Shown in pieces: positions 46,140-56,248 of a stretch of 64,000 nucleotides of DNA; position 1 is the first letter of the stretch, and every line of letters begins with the position of its first letter. The DNA lies in the NCBI GenBank assembly GCA_944391745.1, contig CALXUS010000002.1, positions 35,027-99,026 of the forward strand, given 5' to 3'. Under the pieces are notes generated by a model. The model was not told the origin of the DNA. It saw only the letters and a list, made by a program, of their open reading frames with translations, and made no database searches. Made by a program: the position numbers and the translations under genes. This DNA is from an uncultured Clostridia bacterium. GTDB lineage: Bacteria; Bacillota; Clostridia; TANB77; CAG-508.

Positions 46140-47609
46140 ATGAAAAAGAAGATTGTTTGCCTACTAATTGTATGCATGAGTGTACTATTAGTAGGCATTG
46201 TTTCGTATGGAGCAGATTTTACAGAAGTTGATGCAACTACAACAAGAGTAATACAAAAAGAAAGTGATTATAATTCGGAAATTTCAGTTCCAATTACGAA
46301 GGAAGAATTAAGCCCAAAGCCTTCATTACTTAATATAAATGTACCTACTGACATTTATATGGTAGGCTATTTGGATTATGATATGGCATATCAGGTCCTT
46401 GATCTAGTAAATCAAGAAAGAAGAAATGCAGGACTTAATGAATTGCAGATGGATACTAGCTTGTTAGATTCAGCAATGCATAGAGCTGCAGAAACAGGAC
46501 TAGTATTTGACCATACAAGACCTAATGGATTAGACTGCTTTACAATGGATGATAGAATGTGGGCAGAAAATATAGCCTCTGGACAACCTACTGCACAGTT
46601 GGCTATGGAATCATGGATGACATCAGAAGGACATAAAGCAAATATTCTTAATGAAAGCATGAATTGTATAGGAATAGGATGTTTTAATTTTCAAGGAATT
46701 TATTACTGGACACAATGTTTTGGAGTAGATAAAGCACAAGTGCCAACAAAGCCGGACAATGCTTTAGTAATAGCTAAAATTTCAGCTATTACAGAAAATC
46801 TACAAATAATAATAGATACTAATGAAGTAACTTTAAAACCACAAGAAACACATCAATCAATATTGTACAATGTTAATATTGGATTTCCTATTCAAGGATC
46901 AGGAATACAACCAGAATCAGCAGTGTGGACTACATCAGATTCAAAGGTTGCAACAGTCAATGAAGAAGGCTTAATTACTGCAGTTGGAGTAGGAACTGCT
47001 ACTATTACAGCAACAATTCAGGATATAAAATTTGATGTAACAGTAAAAGTAGATTTACCATTTAAAGATGTAACAAGAGATAAATGGTATTACAATTCTG
47101 TTGAATATTGTTATAAAAATGGAATAATAATGGGAACAACTGATACAACATTTTCACCAAATAATAATTTAACAAGAGGAAATTTAGTAACATTATTATA
47201 CAGAATGGAAGGATATCCAAAAGTAGATGGAGAAGTTTCATTCCCAGATGTAAAAGCAAGTGATTATTTTTATGAAGCTGTAAAATGGGCTGAGAAAACT
47301 GGAATAGTACATGGATATGAAACAGGAAAATTTGGACCAAATAATAATATATCAAGAGAACAATTAGCAACAATATTATTTAATTATGCAAAATATAAGA
47401 AAAAGGATACATCAGCAAGAACAGATTTAAACAAATTTACAGATAATAATAAAATCTCTAGTTATGCTAGAGAAGCAGTATCATGGGCAGTAGCAAAAGG
47501 TGTAATGAGTGGAAAAAATGAGGGAACTAGAGTTGATCCACAAGGAAGAGCTACTAGAGCAGAGGCAGCAGCTATGATACAAAATTATTGTAGTTATGTA
47601 GGAAGATAA
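46140..47609 (+). CDS. Secreted CAP(SCP) domain + Big_2 + 3xSLH protein
   Basis: Signal peptide, LVNQER...HTRP...ENIA...WMTSEGHKANIL, WTTSDSKVATV and an SLH tail (FKDV...TRAE). Confidence 0.88.
   Translation: MKKKIVCLLIVCMSVLLVGIVSYGADFTEVDATTTRVIQKESDYNSEISVPITKEELSPKPSLLNINVPTDIYMVGYLDYDMAYQVLDLVNQERRNAGLNELQMDTSLLDSAMHRAAETGLVFDHTRPNGLDCFTMDDRMWAENIASGQPTAQLAMESWMTSEGHKANILNESMNCIGIGCFNFQGIYYWTQCFGVDKAQVPTKPDNALVIAKISAITENLQIIIDTNEVTLKPQETHQSILYNVNIGFPIQGSGIQPESAVWTTSDSKVATVNEEGLITAVGVGTATITATIQDIKFDVTVKVDLPFKDVTRDKWYYNSVEYCYKNGIIMGTTDTTFSPNNNLTRGNLVTLLYRMEGYPKVDGEVSFPDVKASDYFYEAVKWAEKTGIVHGYETGKFGPNNNISREQLATILFNYAKYKKKDTSARTDLNKFTDNNKISSYAREAVSWAVAKGVMSGKNEGTRVDPQGRATRAEAAAMIQNYCSYVGR
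47061..47609 (+). repeat. 549-bp SLH-tail repeat copy 1 (most diverged)
   Basis: TTTAAAGATG...GTAGGAAGATAA, colinear with the other five copies. Confidence 0.85.
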
Positions 47610-47672
47610 ATTTATCTTGAGGCAGTCCTTAAGGTGAAAAATAATACATGCAAATATAAAGGGGGTATATAG

Positions 47673-48995
47673 ATGAAAAGCAAAACATTAAAAATAGTAT
47701 TATTAATGTTAATAAGTATAATATTTATTTGGTGCTTTGAAAATAGCGTAAAAGCGGCAAATAAACCTCAAGAGCCAATACCATATAATGATGAAATTAG
47801 TTATATAGATAATGGAGATGGTACAGTCACTGTATGTAAAGCAAATACTGAAATAACAAATGCAACTATCCCAGAAACAATTGATGGAAAAACAGTAATA
47901 AGAATAGGGGATTTTTGGGATTGTACAAATTTAAAAAGTATATCAATTCCAAATACAGTAATAAGTATAAGACAAGGAGCATTTTCAAATTGTACATCAT
48001 TAGAAAGCATTGAAATTCCAGACTCTGTAATAGTAATTGAATATGAAGCTTTCTTGGAATGTACTTCATTAAAAGAAGTTAAACTTCCAAAAAATTTACA
48101 GCTTATTGATTCATACACATTTTATAATTGCACATCATTAAAAACTATAGAAATACCTAATTCTATAATAGAAATTGGGTGGTGCTCTTTCCAAGGCTCA
48201 GGAATAGAAAAAATTGTTTTACCAGAGTCAGTAAAGAGAGTAGATTTATGGGCTTTTGGAGATTGTAATTCTTTAAAAGAAATATATTTTCCAAAAGGAA
48301 TAGAATATATACATAATAATGAAGATGGTTCATCATTTGGAAGAATTCCAACGGATCAACTAACAATATATGGTTATGAAGGAACAGTTGCTGAAGAAGT
48401 AGCTAATGATTTGGGATATAAATTTGTTGCTCTTTCAGATTTTCCTTTTAAAGATGTTAGTTCTTCAAATTGGTACTATAACTCAGTAAAATACTGCTAT
48501 GAAAATGGAATAATAATGGGAACAACAGACACAACTTTTTCACCAAATACAAATGTAACTAGAGGAAATCTAGTAACAATATTATGGAGAATGGAAGGAA
48601 GTCCAAAAGTATCTGGAAATATATCTTTCCCAGATGTTAAAACAAGTGACTACTACTATGAAGCAGTAAAATGGGCAGAGAAAACAGGAGTAGTACATGG
48701 ATATGATACAGGAAAGTTTGGACCAAACAATTACATTTCAAGGGAACAATTAGCAACAATACTAAATAATTATGCAAAATACAAAAAGAAGGATACATCA
48801 AAAAAGGCAGATTTAAGTACATTTACAGATAACAAGAAAATATCAAGCTATGCGAAAGAAGGAGTAGCATGGGCAGTAGGAAATAAAGTAATGAGTGGAA
48901 AAAATGAAGGAACAAGAGTAGACCCACAAGGAAAAGCAACAAGAGCAGAAGCTGCAGCTATGATACAAAATTATTGTTATTATGTAGGTAGATAA
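47673..48995 (+). CDS. Secreted BspA-type LRR (LRR_5) + 3xSLH protein
   Basis: CTSLxSIxIPxSVxxIxxxAF repeats and an SLH tail. Confidence 0.88.
   Translation: MKSKTLKIVLLMLISIIFIWCFENSVKAANKPQEPIPYNDEISYIDNGDGTVTVCKANTEITNATIPETIDGKTVIRIGDFWDCTNLKSISIPNTVISIRQGAFSNCTSLESIEIPDSVIVIEYEAFLECTSLKEVKLPKNLQLIDSYTFYNCTSLKTIEIPNSIIEIGWCSFQGSGIEKIVLPESVKRVDLWAFGDCNSLKEIYFPKGIEYIHNNEDGSSFGRIPTDQLTIYGYEGTVAEEVANDLGYKFVALSDFPFKDVSSSNWYYNSVKYCYENGIIMGTTDTTFSPNTNVTRGNLVTILWRMEGSPKVSGNISFPDVKTSDYYYEAVKWAEKTGVVHGYDTGKFGPNNYISREQLATILNNYAKYKKKDTSKKADLSTFTDNKKISSYAKEGVAWAVGNKVMSGKNEGTRVDPQGKATRAEAAAMIQNYCYYVGR
48447..48995 (+). repeat. 549-bp SLH-tail repeat copy 2
   Basis: 48570-48883 reads identical to 51850-52163. 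Confidence 0.92.
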
Positions 48996-49014
48996 ATTTT
49001 GAAGAAATATTTTA

Positions 49015-49065
49015 TTTTAGGGACGGAGCAAAACGTAAAACTTTACGAAAAGTACCGTCCAAAAA
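49015..49065. repeat. GGGAC...GTCC-bounded hairpin between SLH genes 2 and 3
   Basis: TTTTAGGGACGG-agcaaaa-CGTAAA-ac-TTTACG-aaaagta-CCGTCCAAAAA. Confidence 0.5.
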
Positions 49066-49077
49066 GTAAAAAAGGAG

Positions 49078-52000
49078 ATGGTAATTGTGAAAAAAATCCT
49101 TGCAATAGCAACATTAGTTATTTTAATTTTATGCATGGCAATACCAGTAATATATGCAGCTGATACTAGTGAAGAAATTAAAATAAATGATGAAAATTTA
49201 AAAGAATTATTGCTAAAATATTATGATTATGATAAAAATGGAAAAATTACTAAATCAGATATGGAACAAATAAAGACATTTGATGCTTCAGGTAGTAGTA
49301 TAGGAGACTTCACAGGTTTAGAGTATGCAGTAAATGCTGAATCAGTAAATGTTTTTATTAATGGTGATAAAAATATAAGTAGTATATTTAAATTAAAAAA
49401 TTTAAAAACTTTAAGAATTGAAGATTGGTATTTAGGCGAAGATGGAAAAGATGTAGATTTAAATGGAATAGAAAATTTAACAAAACTAGAAAGCTTAAAT
49501 TTACATATTGAATCAGTAAATGTTTTAAATTTAGACAAACTAGAAAAACTACCAAATTTGAAAAGTTTGTATTTAGAGATAGAAGAAGATGATTTATCAT
49601 TTTTAAATAATTTGACAAATTTAGAAGCATTATATTGTGCATTTCCAACAGCATATTCAAATGATGTAGTAAATTATAAATTTGATAATTTAAATAAATT
49701 AAAAACATTAAGTTTTCCTGTCGCTGAAATAAATTTATCTGATATAAAAAATTTAACAAGTATTGAAAGTGTATCTATAAAACTTAATTTAGAAAATTCA
49801 CAGGATTTATCAGAAGTAGCTGGGCTAAAAAATTTAAATAGTTTATCTATATCAAATGCTGATTATTTAACAAATATAAAAGCAATAAATGATATGAAAA
49901 ACATAACTGAATTAAGTTTAATATATAATAATTTGAACAATATAAAAGAATTAGATACTATAACTTCTAATAGTCTAAAATTGCGCATTTCAAACAGTGG
50001 CTCTTTAGCTAGTGGTTGTTATTATAGTAATGATGAAGAAAGTGATTTACTTACAAAATTAAATAATATAAAAATAGACAACTATTATTTTAAAGTATCT
50101 TCTTATAATAGAAGGATTAAGAGTATTGAGAAAAATGAAACAAGAACTTATTCATTTAAAGAAATAAGCTCAATATTAGATGGAGTTTATGATAGTTCAA
50201 GTAAACTTTACATGCCTGATGCTAATATAGATGCAGGATATAATAGTGATATAACAGTAGATAAAGACAATAAGACTATTACTATAAAAGCTGGTGATAG
50301 TGTAAAAGAAAATCGTTTAACTATTAATGTTAGAAATTCAGAAAAGACATTAAGCTTTTCAGTAAGTTATAATGTAACTGATGGCGGAGATAAAAGCAAA
50401 GAAATTAAAATACCAGATCAAAATTTGAAAAATAAATTATTAAAAAGTTATGATTTAGATTTTGATGGAAAAATAACAGAATATGATGCTTTAAATACTT
50501 ATACTTTATATATACAAAATAGTAATATATCAGACCTAACAGGTTTAGAAAATTATTCTAATTTAACTGCATTATGGATTAGCTATAATAAAATCAAAGA
50601 TTTAAGTCCAATAATGGGGCTTTCAAAAATCAGAACCATTTATGCAAGCAATAATCTAATAACAAATTTATCTTGTTTAAAAAATAGAAAATTTGCTAAT
50701 TTATCATTACTTAATTTAGATGATAATTTTATAGATTTCTATAATGATAGTGAAAATTTAAAAATATATTTAGAAGAATTATCAAAAGACAAGAGTTACG
50801 GGATAAATGGAGAAACACTTTCATATTATGCAACTTCACAAAAATATGCTAAACCAGAAGATTTTGATAAAGAAGTAAAATTTGGAGATGAAAGAATTAA
50901 AAATAAAATAATTGAACTAGGGGCAGATACAAATAATGATGGAAAATTAACTGCACGTGAGTTATATGAATCAACTTATGTAGAAAGTCCTTCTACTATG
51001 AGACAAAATTCAGCTCCAAAGCCAAAGATTACAAAATTAGATTTATCTAACATGGGAATAAGTGATTTAACTGGATTAGAATATATGGGAGAATTGGAAG
51101 AATTAGATTTATCTAATAATAACATTAGTAATATAGAACCTATATGCCATTTAATGAATTTGAAAAAATTAAATTTAAGCAATAATAATATTTCAGATAT
51201 TAGTGGTCTTCCTAAATATGCTGGTAATAGTCCTTATTACAATACAACATTATTATCTAGAGATTGCTATTTTGAATTAGATTTATCTAATAATAATATA
51301 ACAGATATTTCTTGCTTAAAAGATTGTTTAAGATATGTTAATACTGAATGTATACCATGGTCAGCAACTGGATCTATGCCAGAAAGAAAATTGAAGTTAG
51401 ATTTTTCAGGTAATAAAATACAAAATATAGATGTAGTTAATGAATTTAAAAACTTAATGTGGTTAGATTTAAGCGACAATGAAATAAAAGACATTGCTTC
51501 TTTAGAAAATTATGATTTTGTTGTAGGAATGTGGGCTGGTGAAGTAAAAGATTTAGAAGTGTTTGATGGAATTGATCTTTCATATAATGATATTGATTTA
51601 AATGCTGAAGGTACTAAAAAAGCTAAGTCTCATTTTGATGAGCAAAATGTTGACTTAATATTGGACCATCAAGGGGAAGAACCAAATGCAAAACCAGAAC
51701 AAAAACCAGATGAAGGAAAAATGAACTTTAAAGATGTAAGTGAAGATGTATGGTACTATAACTCAGTAAAATACTGCTATGAAAATGGAATAATAATGGG
51801 AACAACAGATACGACCTTTTCACCAAATAACAATTTAACTAGAGGAAACCTAGTAACAATATTATGGAGAATGGAAGGAAGTCCAAAAGTATCTGGAAAT
51901 ATATCTTTCCCAGATGTTAAAACAAGTGACTACTACTATGAAGCAGTAAAATGGGCAGAGAAAACAGGAGTAGTACATGGATATGATACAGGAAAGTTTG

Positions 52001-52275
52001 GACCAAACAATTACATTTCAAGGGAACAATTAGCAACAATACTAAATAATTATGCAAAATACAAAAAGAAGGATACATCAAAAAAGGCAGATTTAAGTAC
52101 ATTTACAGATAACAAGAAAATATCAAGCTATGCGAAAGAAGGAGTAGCATGGGCAGTAGGAAACAAAGTAATGAGTGGAAAGAATGAAGGAACAAGAGTA
52201 GATCCACAAGGAAAAGCAACAAGAGCAGAAGCAGCAGCTATGATACAAAATTATTGCTATAATGTTGGAAGATAA
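49078..52275 (+). CDS. Secreted internalin-like LRR protein with EF-hand-like caps + 3xSLH
   Basis: LxxLxLSxNxISD repeats, three DxDxDGKIT-type loops and an SLH tail. The true start may be GTG 49087, judging by RBS spacing. Confidence 0.88.
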   Translation: MVIVKKILAIATLVILILCMAIPVIYAADTSEEIKINDENLKELLLKYYDYDKNGKITKSDMEQIKTFDASGSSIGDFTGLEYAVNAESVNVFINGDKNISSIFKLKNLKTLRIEDWYLGEDGKDVDLNGIENLTKLESLNLHIESVNVLNLDKLEKLPNLKSLYLEIEEDDLSFLNNLTNLEALYCAFPTAYSNDVVNYKFDNLNKLKTLSFPVAEINLSDIKNLTSIESVSIKLNLENSQDLSEVAGLKNLNSLSISNADYLTNIKAINDMKNITELSLIYNNLNNIKELDTITSNSLKLRISNSGSLASGCYYSNDEESDLLTKLNNIKIDNYYFKVSSYNRRIKSIEKNETRTYSFKEISSILDGVYDSSSKLYMPDANIDAGYNSDITVDKDNKTITIKAGDSVKENRLTINVRNSEKTLSFSVSYNVTDGGDKSKEIKIPDQNLKNKLLKSYDLDFDGKITEYDALNTYTLYIQNSNISDLTGLENYSNLTALWISYNKIKDLSPIMGLSKIRTIYASNNLITNLSCLKNRKFANLSLLNLDDNFIDFYNDSENLKIYLEELSKDKSYGINGETLSYYATSQKYAKPEDFDKEVKFGDERIKNKIIELGADTNNDGKLTARELYESTYVESPSTMRQNSAPKPKITKLDLSNMGISDLTGLEYMGELEELDLSNNNISNIEPICHLMNLKKLNLSNNNISDISGLPKYAGNSPYYNTTLLSRDCYFELDLSNNNITDISCLKDCLRYVNTECIPWSATGSMPERKLKLDFSGNKIQNIDVVNEFKNLMWLDLSDNEIKDIASLENYDFVVGMWAGEVKDLEVFDGIDLSYNDIDLNAEGTKKAKSHFDEQNVDLILDHQGEEPNAKPEQKPDEGKMNFKDVSEDVWYYNSVKYCYENGIIMGTTDTTFSPNNNLTRGNLVTILWRMEGSPKVSGNISFPDVKTSDYYYEAVKWAEKTGVVHGYDTGKFGPNNYISREQLATILNNYAKYKKKDTSKKADLSTFTDNKKISSYAKEGVAWAVGNKVMSGKNEGTRVDPQGKATRAEAAAMIQNYCYNVGR
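51727..52275 (+). repeat. 549-bp SLH-tail repeat copy 3
   Basis: Near-identical to copy 2. Confidence 0.92.
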
Positions 52276-52319
52276 GTATTGACTAAATAAAAATATATTG
52301 ATATAACTTAAATTAGTAT

Positions 52320-52352
52320 GAATCATTCTTAATAGAATGATTCTTTATTTTT
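52320..52352 (+). terminator. Hairpin/terminator between SLH genes 3 and 4
   Basis: GAATCATTCT-taat-AGAATGATTC followed by TTTATTTTT. Confidence 0.55.
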
Positions 52353-52369
52353 AAGTTTGAGGGGGATAT

Positions 52370-54982
52370 ATGAAAATGAAAAAAATTATATCGATTTTGC
52401 TAATAACACTAATTATGTTGATTTATTTAGTACCAACATTAAGTTTAGCAGCATCAAACGAATTAGCAAATAATGAACTACTTAAGTTTAGAAATTTTAC
52501 AATAAAAAAGACAACAACAGTGGAAGAAATAAATAAGTTTTATGGTAATCCAAAAGTAGAAGGACTTTCAGCTTTTGGAGGAAATTCATATTCTTATTAT
52601 GATAATGACTTAACATGGTATTTACATATTGAAACTAATGCTAATGGTGTAATAAAAGGACTAGGATGCATTGGTGAAGGTTTTGTTTCAAAAAATTATA
52701 AATACGGTGACGATTATGATGGAATTTACTATTATCTAAGTGGCGAAGTAATGACAGATTATGATACAAATAAAATAATAGGAATGTACGAATATAATTG
52801 CTCTGGTAACGATGTAAATGATTACTGGACAAGATATACAAGTGATGCAAAATATTTATATGATTTGCAAAAACATACAATAATTGTAAGTAAATATTTA
52901 GCCCAAAAGCACAATAATGATTTCACACAAACTTATATAGATGAAAATTTATTTTATACAAATGAACAATTGAAAGCAAATGGAACAGATTTATACAATT
53001 ATGGAGTTGATACAGGAAAGGACAAATATATTTCTTTTATAAGAAGTGGAGTTGAGTATTTTGACGATAGTCTTCCTAATCCAATAGGATTAGGAAAAGG
53101 TAGTGAAAACTATGAAAGAGCATCAAATTATAAATATTTATTTTTTGATATAAAAATCACAAGTAAAAATCCTTTAAAATTTTTTACAACAATTGTTTTT
53201 ATAGATCCAAATTTTATGGAAGAAAAAAGTGAAGTACAACTTACTGAAAGGGAAAAAGAACTATTAGCCGATGTAAGAGAGGAATATAAGAAGCAAATAG
53301 AAAATGTGGATTTGGCTAATAAGTTTGCTGAAGAAACTGGTAGCCTTTTTGAAGAAGAACCAGTATATGATAAATTGCCATTAAATGCAGGAAAATGGAA
53401 TGATTATGCTTTGCAAGCAGCAACTGCTGAATTAAATGTAGCAAGAGTAGGTCTTGGCTTAACACCTGTAACATTAAATGAAGATATGGCATTAGCTGCA
53501 CAAAATAAGTCTGTACTTGTATTATATAATAGTGGTCATGGACTAACCAGCGGACATTTTCCAGCAAAACCTGATGGTGTCAGTGATGAATTTTACAATA
53601 AGGCTCAATCATACATGAATGAAAACTTATATCATGGGAATGTTCAAGATAGTATAATTAATGCGTTGAATGATGGTTATGGAGATGCAATATCTTGTGG
53701 ACATAGATATAATCTTTTAGAACCTAGTTTTACTGAATGGGGAGTTGGTTCTGCTGGTTCTGGATTATCTTTTGGATGGCAAGGGGTACATAAATTAAAA
53801 AATAGCGGTTCTTATAATAGTGTAGAATTAGTTGCATGGCCAAGTAATGGAATTTTTCCTATAGAAATGGCTTATTCAGGAATAGGGAATTGGACAGCTA
53901 GATTTTATAAAAATTATAGCGTAACATCAGATACAGAAGTTACAATAAAATGTTTAAATAATGGAAAAGTATATGAAATAAATAAAAAAAATAAAAATGA
54001 TGCAGGAAAATTTTTAGATACAACAAGCTCTAATATGGTAACTTTTAGAGATGATTCTATAGTATATGAAAATGGAGATATTTTTGAAATAACATTACAT
54101 AATGTAGAAGATAAAAATGGAAATTCAGTAGATTATACATATAGAAGTGTATTTAAAAGTTTAAATACACTAGATTCCTCTGAATTGTCTGACCTTAATG
54201 TAGATAAAACAAATGTAACTGTATCAGTTGGTGAAACTCAAAAAGTTAATGTTACAGTTGTTCCTAGTGATGCAAAAGATATATTAATGAAATTTTCATC
54301 ATCTAATGAAAATATAGCAAAAGTAAGACAAGATGGTTTAATTACAGGCGTAGGAGTAGGAAAAGCAACAATCACAATTAGTTGTGGTGATATAGTTAAA
54401 AAGGTAGAAGTGAATGTTGAAAAGAAATTACCATTTAAAGATGTAAGTAAAAATGTATGGTACTATAATTCAGTAAAATACTGCTATGAAAATGGAATAA
54501 TAATGGGAACAACAGATGAGACATTTTCTCCAAATACAAATGTAACAAGGGGAAATTTAGTAACAATACTTTGGAGAATGGAAGGAAGCCCAGTAGTATC
54601 AGGAAATTTATCATTCCCAGATGTAAAACAAAGTGACTACTATTATGAAGCAGTAAAATGGGCAGAAAAAACAGGAGTAGTACATGGATATGATACAGGA
54701 AAGTTTGGACCAAATAACTATATTTCAAGAGAGCAATTAGCAACAATATTAAATAATTATGCAAAATACAAAAAGAAGGATACATCAAAAAAGGCAGATT
54801 TAAGTACATTTACAGATAACAAGAAAATATCAAGCTATGCGAAAGAAGGAGTAGCATGGGCAGTAGGAAACAAAGTAATGAGTGGAAAAAATGAAGGAAC
54901 AAGAGTAGATCCACAAGGAAAAGCAACAAGAGCAGAAACTGCAGCTATGATACAAAATTATTGCAATTATGTAGGAAGATAA
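52370..54982 (+). CDS. Secreted CAP-like domain + Big_2 + 3xSLH protein
   Basis: LNVARVGLGL...AAQNKS...ENL...GHRYNLL, FSSSNENIAKV and an SLH tail. Confidence 0.8.
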   Translation: MKMKKIISILLITLIMLIYLVPTLSLAASNELANNELLKFRNFTIKKTTTVEEINKFYGNPKVEGLSAFGGNSYSYYDNDLTWYLHIETNANGVIKGLGCIGEGFVSKNYKYGDDYDGIYYYLSGEVMTDYDTNKIIGMYEYNCSGNDVNDYWTRYTSDAKYLYDLQKHTIIVSKYLAQKHNNDFTQTYIDENLFYTNEQLKANGTDLYNYGVDTGKDKYISFIRSGVEYFDDSLPNPIGLGKGSENYERASNYKYLFFDIKITSKNPLKFFTTIVFIDPNFMEEKSEVQLTEREKELLADVREEYKKQIENVDLANKFAEETGSLFEEEPVYDKLPLNAGKWNDYALQAATAELNVARVGLGLTPVTLNEDMALAAQNKSVLVLYNSGHGLTSGHFPAKPDGVSDEFYNKAQSYMNENLYHGNVQDSIINALNDGYGDAISCGHRYNLLEPSFTEWGVGSAGSGLSFGWQGVHKLKNSGSYNSVELVAWPSNGIFPIEMAYSGIGNWTARFYKNYSVTSDTEVTIKCLNNGKVYEINKKNKNDAGKFLDTTSSNMVTFRDDSIVYENGDIFEITLHNVEDKNGNSVDYTYRSVFKSLNTLDSSELSDLNVDKTNVTVSVGETQKVNVTVVPSDAKDILMKFSSSNENIAKVRQDGLITGVGVGKATITISCGDIVKKVEVNVEKKLPFKDVSKNVWYYNSVKYCYENGIIMGTTDETFSPNTNVTRGNLVTILWRMEGSPVVSGNLSFPDVKQSDYYYEAVKWAEKTGVVHGYDTGKFGPNNYISREQLATILNNYAKYKKKDTSKKADLSTFTDNKKISSYAKEGVAWAVGNKVMSGKNEGTRVDPQGKATRAETAAMIQNYCNYVGR
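54434..54982 (+). repeat. 549-bp SLH-tail repeat copy 4
   Basis: Near-identical to copies 5 and 6. Homology with copy 5 continues through the 24-nt intergenic gap. Confidence 0.92.
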
Positions 54983-55006
54983 ATATAAAATAATAAAGGG
55001 GGATTT

Positions 55007-56224
55007 ATGAAAAAATTAATTAATATTATTTCAATTTTACTTATAATATTTTTAATTAATGTAGCATTAGGACTGTATACTGTAAAGGCTAGTGAAGAAA
55101 ATAGAAATGCAAAAGATTTAATATCAATAATGAATGAAAACTTTATAAAAGATGAAAGAGTTGTGGTATTACCAGTTAAGCAAATATTGGGTGATTCAGA
55201 AGAACAGTCTAATATATATTTTATACAGGAGAATGTACATTTAGCAAGTATTATAAAAGAATTAAAGGAAAAATCAAGCATTGATGAAAACTATGAGTAC
55301 TATGATGAAATAAGAAGTAGTCTACAAGGCAAATTATTCGCTCATATAGCTTTACATATAGAAAAACCAGCTGGAGTAGAAAAGCTAGAGCTGATAGCTA
55401 GTGATGAGTATAATACTGACTTATTAAAAAGCACAGGATTTAATTTCGTAGAAAGATTGGAAGATGGTTCTTATAACATAACTATTGAAGTAGCATTTAA
55501 AGATTTAAGTGCAGAAAAGTGGTATATAGGAAGTCAAATTGGAGTGTTTAATGTTCCATTAACTTTAAAAGGATATAAAAATGAGGAAGATACAGAACCT
55601 TCTTATGAAAGTCAAGTAACATTAGTACCAGTAGATGATACAGAGTTACCAGAAAGCCCTGATGAAACTATGAATTTTAAAGATGTAAGTAAAAATGTAT
55701 GGTACTATAATTCAGTAAAATATTGCTATGAAAATGGAATAATAATGGGAACAACAGATGAGGCATTTTCACCAAATAGCAATTTAACAAGAGGAAACTT
55801 AGTAACAATACTTTGGAGAATGGAAGGAAGTCCGGTAGTATCAGGAAATATATCATTCCCAGATGTAAAACAAAGTGACTACTACTATGAAGCAGTAAAA
55901 TGGGCAGAAAAAACAGGAGTAGTACATGGATATGATACAGGAAAATTTGGACCAAATAACTATATTTCAAGAGAGCAATTAGCAACAATATTAAATAATT
56001 ATGCAAAATACAAAAAGAAGGATACATCAAAAAAGGCAGATTTAAGTACATTTACAGATAACAAGAAAATATCAAGCTATGCGAAAGAAGGAGTAGCATG
56101 GGCAGTAGGAAACAAAGTAATGAGTGGGAAAAATGAAGGAACAAGAGTAGACCCACAAGGAAAAGCGACAAGAGCAGAAACTGCAGCTATGATACAAAAT
56201 TATTGCAATTATGTAGGAAGATAA
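55007..56224 (+). CDS. Secreted protein, unknown N-terminal domain + 3xSLH
   Basis: Signal peptide, ~200-aa unrecognised domain and an SLH tail. Confidence 0.8.
   Translation: MKKLINIISILLIIFLINVALGLYTVKASEENRNAKDLISIMNENFIKDERVVVLPVKQILGDSEEQSNIYFIQENVHLASIIKELKEKSSIDENYEYYDEIRSSLQGKLFAHIALHIEKPAGVEKLELIASDEYNTDLLKSTGFNFVERLEDGSYNITIEVAFKDLSAEKWYIGSQIGVFNVPLTLKGYKNEEDTEPSYESQVTLVPVDDTELPESPDETMNFKDVSKNVWYYNSVKYCYENGIIMGTTDEAFSPNSNLTRGNLVTILWRMEGSPVVSGNISFPDVKQSDYYYEAVKWAEKTGVVHGYDTGKFGPNNYISREQLATILNNYAKYKKKDTSKKADLSTFTDNKKISSYAKEGVAWAVGNKVMSGKNEGTRVDPQGKATRAETAAMIQNYCNYVGR
55676..56224 (+). repeat. 549-bp SLH-tail repeat copy 5
   Basis: Near-identical to copies 4 and 6, with 5' features shared with copy 3. 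Confidence 0.92.
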
Positions 56225-56248
56225 ATGTAAGATAATAAAGGGGGATTT

